DNA of 64,000 bases from an uncultured Candidatus Saccharibacteria bacterium (GTDB lineage: Bacteria > Patescibacteriota > Minisyncoccia > Phycocordibacterales > JAKAEA01): assembly GCA_964532205.1 (NCBI GenBank), contig CAZHGQ010000005.1, positions 1,520 through 65,519 on the forward strand, in the 5' to 3' direction. The notes beneath the pieces were generated by a model. The model saw nothing but the letters and a program-made list of their open reading frames with translations, had not been told where the DNA came from and did not search any database. The translations under genes were made by a program, and so were the position numbers. How positions within the stretch are numbered: the stretch's first letter is position 1; every line of letters starts with the position of its first letter. Of this stretch, positions 45,319-56,535 are shown one piece after another.

Positions 45319-45754
45319 TATGAAACGAGGTTTTACAATTGTTGAATTATTGATCGTGGTGGCCATCATTGGAATTATGGTTTCCATACTTTTAGTCCGT
45401 GGCGACACGGCTAAAGCCCGATCTCGCGACGCTCGACGTGTGGCTGATATTAGTCAGCTTCAATCGGCGCTTGAGGGTTATTTTGAGGGTGAGACGAAAA
45501 TTACTCAATCAAGTTCAACGACTATCACACCAAAATATCCAGCTACTCTTTCAAGTTTGGCGCCAAATTATATTGGCGTTATTCTAACAGATCCCGCTGA
45601 CAGCTCGGCGTACGGGTATCTTAAAATTTCTGATGAATCATATTGTTTAGGTGCAAAACTCGAGAAGGGTATACAGATTTCAGCTGGCACAATGCCAAGC
45701 TGTGATAATGGCGGCACATTCGATACGACATACAATTACCGAGTTAAACGCTAA
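45305..45754 (+). CDS. type IV pilin-like protein
   Basis: MKRGFTIVELLIVVAIIGIMVSILLV is a prepilin N-terminus. Confidence 0.7.
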   Translation: MNHSNMKRGFTIVELLIVVAIIGIMVSILLVRGDTAKARSRDARRVADISQLQSALEGYFEGETKITQSSSTTITPKYPATLSSLAPNYIGVILTDPADSSAYGYLKISDESYCLGAKLEKGIQISAGTMPSCDNGGTFDTTYNYRVKR

Positions 45755-46596
45755 TGACAATTATTCTGGCCACATTCTTTTTATTTCTCGGCATTGCCAT
45801 TGGTAGTTTTCTTAATGTAGTGATTTTGCGCTACAACACTGGCCTGTCATTTGCTGAAGGTCGCTCGGTTTGTTTCTCGTGTGGCAAGTCATTGCAATGG
45901 TATGAATTGATTCCGGTTATTAGCTATGTCTTTCAGGCTGGACGCTGTCGGGGTTGTCGTTCAAAAATCTCAATGCAGTACCCGGCTGTTGAACTAACTA
46001 CCGGTGTTTTATTTTTGGCTCTATTTGCCAAAATAAATCCTCAAACATTACCTGAACTAGGGTATTTGTTTTATATGCTCGTGATCTGGTCATTGCTGAT
46101 TGTAATTGCTGTGTATGATCTGCGTCACAAAATAATTCCCGATGGTATTGTGTATACATTTGCGGCATTGAGCTTTGGGCAACTCTTTTTTACACCCGAG
46201 AAATTTGTTATGCCGGGACTATGGGTACTTTTAGCCGGTCCGCTTATTGCGGCTCCATTTTTCTTGCTGTGGCTTGTCTCAAAGGGGACGTGGATGGGTC
46301 TTGGAGACGCAAAATTGGCCCTAGGCATCGGTTGGTTGTTGGGCCCAGTATTTGGTGCTTCGGCCATAATTCTAAGCTTCTGGCTCGGGGCAATCGTTGG
46401 TATTGCACTTTTGCTTCTTAAATATCTTTCACGACTTGGTTTTTTTCACAGAATCGCATTGTTCTTCGGTGCAACAACGATTATAATTAAGAGTGAACTA
46501 CCATTTGCGCCGTTTTTGATACTCGGCATGCTTATTGTTTACTTCTGCCGCCTTGATGTAACTGGTCTTTCATTATTGCTTTATGGCACGTTATAA
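45754..46596 (+). CDS. pilD: prepilin peptidase (A24 family) PilD
   Basis: A zinc-binding CFSCGKSLQWYELIPVISYVFQAGRCRGCRSKIS tetracysteine and a multi-TM aspartyl peptidase core. Confidence 0.85.
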   Translation: MTIILATFFLFLGIAIGSFLNVVILRYNTGLSFAEGRSVCFSCGKSLQWYELIPVISYVFQAGRCRGCRSKISMQYPAVELTTGVLFLALFAKINPQTLPELGYLFYMLVIWSLLIVIAVYDLRHKIIPDGIVYTFAALSFGQLFFTPEKFVMPGLWVLLAGPLIAAPFFLLWLVSKGTWMGLGDAKLALGIGWLLGPVFGASAIILSFWLGAIVGIALLLLKYLSRLGFFHRIALFFGATTIIIKSELPFAPFLILGMLIVYFCRLDVTGLSLLLYGTL

Positions 46597-47155
46597 AAAA
46601 GGTTTTACATTAATTGAAATGATGATCGTATTGGGTATTTTTGTGCTCATCACGACGTTACTCCTCTCAAATCAGAAAAAATTCGGAACAAATATTGAAG
46701 TTACAAACTTGGCCTACGATGTAGCGCTTTCAATTCGTCAGACGCAAACATATGGTTTGGCGGTTAAAAACTCTGGCTTAGCCACGGCAGATTTTACCAG
46801 TGCGTACGGTATTCATTTTGATAGTTCAACACCTAGTCAGTATATTATTTTCTTTGATCGGCTTGATCCGAATAATGGTACTCGAAATTATGTTATGGAT
46901 AGCGGTGAGGAGTCAGAAATTTACACCCTAAGAAATGGTTTTACGATTTCTGATTTATGTGCTGGCACATGTGGTTTGCAGAAAATGGATGTTGTGTTTG
47001 TTCGACCAAATCCTGAGGCACATATTACGTATACAAATGGCGGACAAACATTTTCGGCTACAGATGTTTATATGAAAGTTAGATCACCGCAAGGTAAAAT
47101 AAAATGGATTCGAGTTTTAAAGAGTGGTCAAATATCAGTTGAAGACAATCAATGA
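46583..47155 (+). CDS. minor pilin / pseudopilin
   Basis: MARYKKGFTLIEMMIVLGIFVLITTLLL is a prepilin N-terminus. Confidence 0.65.
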   Translation: MARYKKGFTLIEMMIVLGIFVLITTLLLSNQKKFGTNIEVTNLAYDVALSIRQTQTYGLAVKNSGLATADFTSAYGIHFDSSTPSQYIIFFDRLDPNNGTRNYVMDSGEESEIYTLRNGFTISDLCAGTCGLQKMDVVFVRPNPEAHITYTNGGQTFSATDVYMKVRSPQGKIKWIRVLKSGQISVEDNQ

Positions 47156-47697
47156 GGAACAAACGCTTACAACACGGCTTCAGTTTGGTAGAGATTATGG
47201 TCTCAGTTGGTATTTTTGCCTTTGTGGTTACAGCTGGTTTGGGCGCGGTTTTGGGCATTGTTGATGCCAATCAGAAAGCTCAGTCATTAAATTCTGTCAT
47301 GTCGAACCTCAACACGGCCTTGGAAGACATGGCCCGCAATATTCGTACGGGTTCGAATTATACGGCGACCGGTGCCGCGTGCGGCAGTGGGGCCACGGGC
47401 ATTCAGTTCACGCCGCAAAGCGGCACCGGTAGTGTCATCTACCAACTCAACAGCACAACGCATCGTTTAGAGGTGAATACGTCTGCTGATCCGGTCGGTA
47501 TTTTTACACCCATCACCGCCCCTGAGGTTTCTATTGACTCACTGTGTTTTTATTTTTATGGCAATGGTCAACCAAAGGCGGTGTTAACCATGAAGGGTCA
47601 TGTGCAGGCTCGAACTACTTCAGCTACGACGTTTTATTTGCAGACCACAATGTCCCAGCGCTTATTACCATCAGAAGAACCAGCTAAAGAATTTTAA
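47152..47697 (+). CDS. minor pilin / pseudopilin
   Basis: QHGFSLVEIMVSVGIFAFVVTAGL is a prepilin N-terminus. Confidence 0.65.
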   Translation: MRNKRLQHGFSLVEIMVSVGIFAFVVTAGLGAVLGIVDANQKAQSLNSVMSNLNTALEDMARNIRTGSNYTATGAACGSGATGIQFTPQSGTGSVIYQLNSTTHRLEVNTSADPVGIFTPITAPEVSIDSLCFYFYGNGQPKAVLTMKGHVQARTTSATTFYLQTTMSQRLLPSEEPAKEF

Positions 47698-48227
47698 TGA
47701 AATACTTACGTACAAAAGGTTTTACGCTTGTTGAGACGCTGGTTGCGATTCTGATTTTGTCGATTGCTATTGCGGCTGCTATGACGGCAGTTCAAGTTGG
47801 TTTGCAGTCTTCGTACTTTGCTCGAGACCAGATCGTGGCCTTCTATTTAGGTGAAGAGGCAATAGAGAATGTGCGTAATATCCGCGATCAGAATTGGAAT
47901 AGTAATCAGCCAGATTGGCTGAATGGTATGGATATTTGTATGGGCACGGGTGTGACATGTAAAATTGACGCTTCAAAAGCGGTGGCTACACTTGAAACGT
48001 GTAGCGGTACAACATGCCGATTAAGTTTTAATAAAGATACACAGCTGTATTCGCACGAGACAGTTGGTGGTAATATTGTCGCCTCAAAATTTACCCGCAC
48101 AATCCATATCGATCAGGTAACAGACGATAATATTTTAGTCACAGTCGTCGTGAGCTGGAATTCAGGCACATTTACCAATCGCTCACTGACATTTAAAGAG
48201 GAATTGTATAATTGGAATGGAAATTAA
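47697..48227 (+). CDS. minor pilin / pseudopilin (PilV/GspI-like)
   Basis: TKGFTLVETLVAILILSIAIAAAM is a prepilin N-terminus. Confidence 0.65.
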   Translation: MKYLRTKGFTLVETLVAILILSIAIAAAMTAVQVGLQSSYFARDQIVAFYLGEEAIENVRNIRDQNWNSNQPDWLNGMDICMGTGVTCKIDASKAVATLETCSGTTCRLSFNKDTQLYSHETVGGNIVASKFTRTIHIDQVTDDNILVTVVVSWNSGTFTNRSLTFKEELYNWNGN

Positions 48228-49572
48228 TATGAAAACACAACGCGGATTCACACTTTTGTTTGCTGTCGTGGCCACCAGTTTGCTGATGGGGGTTACGCTT
48301 GGCATTCTCAATTTAACAACTAAGCAGCTCATTCTTTCGTCGGTTGGCCGTGACTCACAATTGGCTTTTTACGCTGCAGATAGCGGTGCCGAATGTGCCC
48401 GCTACTGGGATTTGCGTAGCAATGCCTTCACACCGGATGCTACCACAACGATTCATTGCAATGGTCAGGACTTTATTGTCGGCGGTTCAGCGACCACACA
48501 ATTTACTTACAAACTCAGTCCATCCGATGCACAGTCAGCAGAGGTGACTGTGGTCGCTACTCGAAATGGTGCGACGGGTGTAACCACAATTCGTTCATAT
48601 GGTCACAATGTGCCCGTCAGTACAAATAATCCACGTATTGTTGAACGAGCGGTAAAAATTGATTATACCCGTTCACCAGACCCATCAAAGAGTTTGTCGT
48701 GTGCACCAGCCAATCAGACAGTTCAAAGAGGAGGTGTGGCCAATTTCACAGCTAATCTGATTCCTAATGACAGTAGTGCGCAGTATGCCTGGACAGTCAG
48801 TGGTGGTTTGCCGGGTGGCGGACCAAGCAAAAACTTCAGTGCGCAATTTTCTTCAAACGGTACATATACAGTGACTGTCGCTACGGGTTCTCTGACTGCT
48901 CAATGTACAGTCAATGTAACCGATGATGGTGGTGGAGGTGGTGATCCGGGTGACAACTGTACACCAAATTCTGATTTCGTGTTAGCACTCGACGGTTCGG
49001 GTAGTATCATGGGTTGGGGTGGTGTGCCACGATATTGGGAAACGGTTAAACAAAACGGTGTGAGTTTGATCGATGGTATCGGTAAGGTTGGATCTATGCG
49101 GTTTGGTGCTGAATGGTTCAATAGTGAAACTCATGAGTTGTGGTACGTAACATCAGATTTGAATCAAGTCAAAGCCCGAATTACGAATAACGCCAATCCA
49201 CCAGCCAACAGTGCCACAAACATTGGTTTGGCTGTTGATCATGCGGTTAGTTTATTGCAGGCAGCTAGTGGCTCACACCCAAAGGCAATCATTGCTATCA
49301 CGGACGGCGTGCCTCACATTGAAGGTATGACTGAGGCTCAGGCTAAAGCCGACTCAATTGCCAAAGCGCAAACAGCTAAAAATGCTGGTATTAAAGTTTT
49401 TACTATTGGTCTGCTCAAACAGGGTGATTCGGGATATGACAGCGCCAAGGAATTCCTCCAGTCTGTTTCATCGGGTACTGGTTACTTCTACAACACCAAC
49501 GATTACAATCCAAATGACCCAGCTGACGGCCTCAATAAAGTTGTCGCCGCACTCAGTTGTCCAACGAACTAA
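48217..49572 (+). CDS. pilin-like N-terminus fused to an Ig-like domain and a von Willebrand factor A (vWA) domain (putative pilus tip adhesin, PilX/PilY1-like role)
   Basis: QRGFTLLFAVVATSLLMGV is a pseudopilin-like N-terminus. DFVLALDGSGSIMGWGG is the MIDAS DxSxS motif of vWA; T...D residues lie further on. Confidence 0.6.
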   Translation: MEINMKTQRGFTLLFAVVATSLLMGVTLGILNLTTKQLILSSVGRDSQLAFYAADSGAECARYWDLRSNAFTPDATTTIHCNGQDFIVGGSATTQFTYKLSPSDAQSAEVTVVATRNGATGVTTIRSYGHNVPVSTNNPRIVERAVKIDYTRSPDPSKSLSCAPANQTVQRGGVANFTANLIPNDSSAQYAWTVSGGLPGGGPSKNFSAQFSSNGTYTVTVATGSLTAQCTVNVTDDGGGGGDPGDNCTPNSDFVLALDGSGSIMGWGGVPRYWETVKQNGVSLIDGIGKVGSMRFGAEWFNSETHELWYVTSDLNQVKARITNNANPPANSATNIGLAVDHAVSLLQAASGSHPKAIIAITDGVPHIEGMTEAQAKADSIAKAQTAKNAGIKVFTIGLLKQGDSGYDSAKEFLQSVSSGTGYFYNTNDYNPNDPADGLNKVVAALSCPTN

Positions 49573-49582
49573 ATCGGTGTAA

Positions 49583-51589
<2,007 letters not shown>

Positions 51590-51607
51590 TTAGGCTATAG
51601 TAACACT

Positions 51608-51889
51608 ATGATTACACAGGAAGACATAAAGAAATTGGCGGCTTTGGCCCGCATAAAACTCTCCGATGAGGAGGTGGTTGGTCTACAGAAAGATATGCAA
51701 AATATCTTGGGTTTTGTGACACAAATTCAACAAGCTTCTGGTTCACTGAAAGAGGGAGACAAAGAACGAGTACGCAATGTGTGGCGTGATGATATTAATC
51801 CACACGAAACAGGAGTGAATACTGAAACACTATTAGCTGAAGCCCCAGACCGTAAGGCTGATTGTGTGCGCGTAAAGAATATTTTATGA
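51608..51889 (+). CDS. gatC: Asp/Glu-tRNA amidotransferase subunit C
   Basis: 93 aa; ...LAALARIKLSDEEV...; immediately precedes and overlaps gatA. Confidence 0.8.
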   Translation: MITQEDIKKLAALARIKLSDEEVVGLQKDMQNILGFVTQIQQASGSLKEGDKERVRNVWRDDINPHETGVNTETLLAEAPDRKADCVRVKNIL

Positions 51890-53304
51890 TTGATGTAACG
51901 ACCTTAACAATTGAAACAGCTTCAAAGGCTCTGGCTGCCGGTGAATTTACAGCAGTTGAATTGGCCGAAACCTATTTGAAGGTTATCAAAGAAAAAAATA
52001 CTGAGCTTAATGCCTATCTAGAAGTCTATGATGATGTGATTGAACAAGCTAAGGTGGCAGATGCGCGTATCAAAGCCGGTCAGGCGACAGCTCTCACCGG
52101 TATCCCTTTTTCAATTAAAGATAATATTTTAATTAAAGGCAAAATTGCTTCATCGGCCTCAAAGATGCTCGAGAACTATCGTGCTACATATGACGCAACA
52201 GTGATTGTTAAGTTGAAGGAAGCGGGTGCAATTTTCTTAGGTCGCACCAACATGGATGAATTTGCCATGGGCGGTTCTACTGAAAACTCGGCGTTTGGTG
52301 TGGTCAAGAATCCACATGATGTGGGCCGGGTAGCTGGCGGATCGAGCGGTGGTGCAGCTTCAGCGCTGGCAGCAGATATGTGTTTGGCATCACTTGGCTC
52401 GGATACTGGTGGCTCGATCCGCCAGCCAGCTAGCCTCTGTGGCGTCGTCGGTTTGAAACCAACATACGGCGCCGTGTCTCGTTCGGGCGTCATGGCTATG
52501 GCCTCATCGCTCGACCAGATTGGTCCATTGGCTAAAACAGTGGATGATGCCGCGCTCATTTTTAATACCATTAAAGGTAAAGATATTTTGGATGCCACAA
52601 GCACGGACGTTCCACTTCAAACAGAAGACAAGAAATTAAAAATCGGTGTGCCATACGAACTCATGAAAGAGGGCGTTGATGAAGATGTCCGCAAAAACTT
52701 TGATGAAATGGTAGAGGGTTTGAAAAAGCAAGGTTATGAAATTGTTGATATCAAATTACCAAACGCTAAATATTCATTAGCAGCCTACTATGTCATTATG
52801 CCGGCTGAAGTTTCATCAAACTTGGCCCGTTTTGATGGTGTAAAGTACGGTTTTCACAAAGATGGTGAAAATTTATTGGGTGATTATTTGGAAACTCGCC
52901 ACGCTGGTTTTGGTAAAGAAGCTCGCCGACGAATTATGTTAGGCACATATGTCCTCTCCACAGGATACTATGATGCGTATTATAATAAAGCTAATACCGT
53001 CCGACGATTAATTGCTCAGGATTACGAACAGGCTTTCGAAACTGTCGATGCAATCCTCACGCCAACCTCACCAGTACCCGCATTTAAAATTGGTGAACGT
53101 TCAGAGGATCCGATTGCTATGTACTTGGCCGACATTTTCACTGTTTCTGCCAACCTGACAAGCTTGCCAGCCTTGTCTGTACCGTCCGGCTTTGCCGAGC
53201 GGGCAGGTAAGTCACTGCCGCTTGGTCTGCAATTCACCGCGCCGTATGGTAGAGAAGATCGATTGTTCAAGCTCGGCAAAGCCGTCGAATCAATTCGCTC
53301 TTAA
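51862..53304 (+). CDS. gatA: Asp/Glu-tRNA amidotransferase subunit A (amidase signature)
   Basis: GGSSGGAASALAADMCLASLGSDTGGSIRQPAS is the amidase-signature Ser-cisSer-Lys region; 480 aa. Confidence 0.9.
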   Translation: MCARKEYFMIDVTTLTIETASKALAAGEFTAVELAETYLKVIKEKNTELNAYLEVYDDVIEQAKVADARIKAGQATALTGIPFSIKDNILIKGKIASSASKMLENYRATYDATVIVKLKEAGAIFLGRTNMDEFAMGGSTENSAFGVVKNPHDVGRVAGGSSGGAASALAADMCLASLGSDTGGSIRQPASLCGVVGLKPTYGAVSRSGVMAMASSLDQIGPLAKTVDDAALIFNTIKGKDILDATSTDVPLQTEDKKLKIGVPYELMKEGVDEDVRKNFDEMVEGLKKQGYEIVDIKLPNAKYSLAAYYVIMPAEVSSNLARFDGVKYGFHKDGENLLGDYLETRHAGFGKEARRRIMLGTYVLSTGYYDAYYNKANTVRRLIAQDYEQAFETVDAILTPTSPVPAFKIGERSEDPIAMYLADIFTVSANLTSLPALSVPSGFAERAGKSLPLGLQFTAPYGREDRLFKLGKAVESIRS

Positions 53305-53307
53305 ACT

Positions 53308-53976
53308 ATGGCAGAAGAAATCCAAGAACAACCTCCAATAGACTACAACGACAGACTGCGTGCTCGCACGATTGAAATTATCCTTCTCATTTTACTTGTG
53401 CTGTTTTTGGCCAATAATTTTCGACCGTACTTTACTGGTCAGTCGCCAGTCAGCATTCAGCAGGCCATTATGAATTATTTGGTTGCGCATGGCTGGTGGG
53501 AAGCTATCAGAAAGTTCGCAATTTGGTACATTGTCCTGGCCAACATTCTGTCTCTCTTTTTCTTGGCCGGTATTGTTTACTGTGCTGTGCGCGTGCGCCA
53601 AATTGCTGATGAGTGGTATAAACGACTTCATCCAGAAGCTCCGGAACTTGAAGAGAAACCAAAGAATGAAAAATGGGAGCGTGTCGTGGCTCATGCCAGC
53701 TCAGCCAATCCAAGTGACTGGCGCTTGGCGATTCTGGAATCAGATATTATTCTTTCCGACCTACTCGATCATCTCAATTACATTGGTGACACCATTAGTG
53801 AAAAATTAAAGAAAGTAAATCCGGGTGATATGCTGACGCTCAACAACGCCTGGGAAGCTCACAAGATCCGAAATGCCATTGCTCACGAAGGTTCTGACTT
53901 TATGCTTACTCAACGTGAATCACAACGGGTGATTGGTCTCTACGAAACCGTCTTTCGTGAGTTTGACTACATTTAG
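53308..53976 (+). CDS. hypothetical membrane protein (2 TM)
   Basis: ORF with two hydrophobic helices; no motif recognised. Confidence 0.4.
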   Translation: MAEEIQEQPPIDYNDRLRARTIEIILLILLVLFLANNFRPYFTGQSPVSIQQAIMNYLVAHGWWEAIRKFAIWYIVLANILSLFFLAGIVYCAVRVRQIADEWYKRLHPEAPELEEKPKNEKWERVVAHASSANPSDWRLAILESDIILSDLLDHLNYIGDTISEKLKKVNPGDMLTLNNAWEAHKIRNAIAHEGSDFMLTQRESQRVIGLYETVFREFDYI

Positions 53977-54021
53977 TTTGCTGGTATAATAACCACCACT
54001 ACTGTCTTATTTCCGCTATAT

Positions 54022-54095
54022 AGCGGGGTGGTGGACCGGTTACCACGTCAGGCTCATAACCTGAAAAAGGAGGTTCAATTCCTCCCCCCGCAACA
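54022..54095 (+). tRNA. initiator tRNA-fMet (anticodon CAU)
   Basis: It aligns position-by-position with E. coli tRNA-fMet: (A)GCGGGG UG GUGG ACCGGUUA CCAC G UCAGG CUCAUAA CCUGA AAAAG GGAGG UUCAAUU CCUCC CCCCGCA A. The 1:72 pair is unpaired (A x A); the CUCAUAACC anticodon loop matches. Confidence 0.7.
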
Positions 54096-54103
54096 TCGAT
54101 GCA

Positions 54104-54137
54104 AAGAAAAAGAGCGACTCGTAAACGAGTCGCTCTT
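54104..54137. terminator. bidirectional hairpin terminator
   Basis: AGAGCGACTCG TAAA CGAGTCGCTCT with an A-run 5' and a T-containing tract 3'. Confidence 0.6.
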
Positions 54138-54154
54138 TGCGTGCTGGTGTGCTG

Positions 54155-54445
54155 TTAAGCGACACGCAGCATGGCGTACTTGAGGGGCAGGGCACGGTGG
54201 CGCCGGTGTTCGTTGTTCCGGTGCCAGCTGGGCCGCTCGCGCACATCATCGGGGTCCGGGGTGGTGCGCCGCATGCTCACCTTGGCCGGAGCCTGGTGAA
54301 TGGCATTGTCCGCCCGGTCGAAGCGCTGCTTCGGGCCGAGATTGCGCTGGGGGACAGTGATGAATTTGTGTTCAACGTCTACGAAAGGCGTGCAAACACT
54401 ATTTGAGTTTCCGAGATAGCGTCGGGTAAGTCGGGTCATGATCAT
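54155..54445 (-). CDS. hypothetical protein encoded on a strikingly GC-rich (~60% by eye) segment
   Basis: 96-aa ORF with a strong RBS (AGGAGATGATCATG). It ends at the hairpin terminator. Its composition differs from the surrounding genes. Confidence 0.35.
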   Translation of the reverse strand: MIMTRLTRRYLGNSNSVCTPFVDVEHKFITVPQRNLGPKQRFDRADNAIHQAPAKVSMRRTTPDPDDVRERPSWHRNNEHRRHRALPLKYAMLRVA

Positions 54446-54593
54446 CTCCTAAATTCTTCCTGTGCCACTGGCTCCATGCCAAATGGTCTGCTAGTATTAT
54501 ATCACAATATATGATAAAGTCAAGTATAGAAAAAAGCCTTATATGATATAGTAAAACCCGCTTTTTTCGGATAGAATAGAACGGACCAATTAT

Positions 54594-54666
54594 GTCAGGA
54601 TAGCTCAGTCGGTAGAGCACGGGACTCATAAGCCCGGGGTCGTGGGTTCGATCCCCACTCCTGACA
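54594..54666 (+). tRNA. tRNA-Met (elongator, anticodon CAU; Ile2/lysidine type not excluded)
   Basis: GTCAGGA TA GCTC AGTCGGTA GAGC A CGGGA CTCATAA GCCCG GGGTC GTGGG TTCGATC CCCAC TCCTGAC A. The G1-C72 pair and the anticodon stem are not initiator-like. Confidence 0.8.
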
Positions 54667-55079
54667 CATTTTTTTATTGACATCTAAGTAGGGTAGGCGT
54701 AGCATTTAAAAAAGATCGCACATGTAGTACAGGAACTATGTGTGGGCATGATCTAGTTCATTTCTTTTGGGAGAGTAGTATGGGCAGGAATCCATCTACA
54801 CACCGGGCAGGTCAGACAGACGGTCTCGTTTTCGGACAGGCCACCACTGTTGACCAACATCGTAAGGGGCAACACAAAGGAGTGGTTCGTGACCCATGTG
54901 TCACTAAGCAGCAACGGCGGGACCGCAAGTTGGTCCACCAGTTTCTGGTGACTCCTCTGACGTTTCTAACTCATTACTGACGCGGAGCGTCGGGTATGCA
55001 CAAATAAGGGTCGCGCTTCGCGCGACCCTTCATCGTCTGTTGCCCGACCCAAAAAAATCTGTTAGAGTACCATCACCAT

Positions 55080-55157
55080 GCGGTCATAGCTCAACTTGGT
55101 TAGAGCACTCGCCTGTCACGCGAGAGGTTGCCGGTTCAAGTCCGGTTGGCCGCGCCA
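55080..55157 (+). tRNA. tRNA-Asp (anticodon GUC), CCA encoded
   Basis: GCGGTCA TA GCTC AACTTGGTTA GAGC A CTCGC CTGTCAC GCGAG AGGTT GCCGG TTCAAGT CCGGT TGGCCGC G CCA. Confidence 0.9.
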
Positions 55158-55199
55158 GTTATTCCTTTTCTATATAAAGAGGTTTGAGATAATAGGGAT

Positions 55200-55520
55200 A
55201 TGAAAAAGTATTTTACATATCTAGTGTTCTCATACATCACCGCGTTAATTTTTGAAACCATTGCCAATACCATTGGCGACGGTCAGCTCTTTAAAAGTCC
55301 AAATGCCGTTGTCTTCTTTTTGGTTTGGTATGGTTTGCTCTACACTGTTTTGTATCTTATTTGCCGTGGTCGGCCGCTGTTGGTGCCGGTTATTGTGCTA
55401 GCGATTCTTGGTTCGGTGGCAGAAATTATTGTCTTTAAGCGTTCTAATTTAATTGTTGATCCAATCATATACGCTATCATGGGCTTCTTACCATTTTGGG
55501 CTTTGCGGAAAGTTTCATAA
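55200..55520 (+). CDS. small 3-TM membrane protein
   Basis: Hydrophobic 106-aa ORF; a hairpin terminator GAACCCTACTCGGGGTAGGGTTC follows at 55527-55549. Confidence 0.45.
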   Translation: MKKYFTYLVFSYITALIFETIANTIGDGQLFKSPNAVVFFLVWYGLLYTVLYLICRGRPLLVPVIVLAILGSVAEIIVFKRSNLIVDPIIYAIMGFLPFWALRKVS

Positions 55521-55772
55521 TGAAAGAACCCTACTCGGGGTAGGGTTCTGTGGTGCTCTCAAAAATTAATTTGCGAGCTTTTTCACGGGCATAGGGTGTA
55601 ACGAAGGTCCGATCAACAATATTCCACAAGCGCTGGCGTTCATCCACTGGCGTGTTGAGGATAAGATTGATGCACGAAGCCTCACTGGCTTCAATTTTTA
55701 CGCGGCCACGAGCTGGTTGATGAGTCATATACAATCCTCCCGTTAAACTAAGGGAACTATAAGAAATTTTAA

Positions 55773-56372
55773 TTATTTGCGCAAGATGATGGTGAAGTCG
55801 TGCTGGAGGTAGTCGGTGCGGAGGGTGGCGTGGGGCGTAAGCGTTTGGCCAAAAGCTAGCACTTCCTCGGGAGCGTATGTCGCAAATTCAGAGTCATCGA
55901 TGTGGTTGCCACGGCGCAGCATATTAAACGCTATGCCCTTGGTGCACAGTTCAAACATCCGGCGGATCATGTCGAAATAGAAATGTTGGTAGTTTTCAAT
56001 TTTGAAACTCAAAGCACCTGAAGCGACAACGTAGTCAAAGTGCTGGTTAATATCAAAGACGGTAGTTTGTTTAAATGTCAGGTCGGGGAAGTGTTGAGTT
56101 GCCAATTCAATAAATTCCGGAACGATGTCGATGCCTACGTATTGTACGCTTTTACCGTGGCGAGCTAAAAAGGCGTATAAATCGCCAAGGCCGCAGCCGA
56201 CATCGAGGACGGAGGAATTATTTTCAATAAGCGGCTCGATGATGCTAAAGCGGAGTTCCTGATTGTGGCGGTCTGTCCAATGAACGGCGCTGGCACTTTG
56301 GGGGCCATAATACTCTAAGGCTTCTTGATAAAACGCATGTAACCGGTTGTAATCGTGTTCGTTGAGCTGCAT
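55773..56372 (-). CDS. class I SAM-dependent methyltransferase
   Basis: VLDVGCGLGDLYAFLARHG is motif I of the Rossmann-fold MTases. Confidence 0.7.
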   Translation of the reverse strand: MQLNEHDYNRLHAFYQEALEYYGPQSASAVHWTDRHNQELRFSIIEPLIENNSSVLDVGCGLGDLYAFLARHGKSVQYVGIDIVPEFIELATQHFPDLTFKQTTVFDINQHFDYVVASGALSFKIENYQHFYFDMIRRMFELCTKGIAFNMLRRGNHIDDSEFATYAPEEVLAFGQTLTPHATLRTDYLQHDFTIILRK

Positions 56373-56411
56373 TGATCAATTATACCTGATATATTAGTAT
56401 GGATTCACGCT

Positions 56412-56484
56412 GCCATTGTAGCTCAGTTGGTAGAGCACTCCATTGGTAATGGGGAGGTCACCGGTTCAATCCCGGTCAATGGCT
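56412..56484 (+). tRNA. tRNA-Thr (anticodon GGU)
   Basis: GCCATTG TA GCTC AGTTGGTA GAGC A CTCCA TTGGTAA TGGGG AGGTC ACCGG TTCAATC CCGGT CAATGGC T. Confidence 0.9.
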
Positions 56485-56535
56485 CATTGATTATTTTTAT
56501 AAATGTGACAGACTTACTTATATAATACAAACTAT

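Noticed and set aside
52176-52604. 142-aa minus-strand ORF inside gatA
   Set aside because: Shadow ORF antisense to the amidase-signature region.
54399-54683. 94-aa minus-strand ORF
   Set aside because: It overlaps the tRNA-Met gene at 54594-54666 and an AT-rich spacer; no RBS.
54700-55070. Considered RNase P RNA / SRP RNA / 6S RNA in the GC-rich spacer between tRNAs
   Set aside because: I could not find the conserved RNase P (GGAAAGUCCGGGCUCC, ACAGAAACAAAACUGCC) or SRP domain IV (GAAGCAGCCAAGG) motifs by eye; it is left as an unexplained spacer in the findings.
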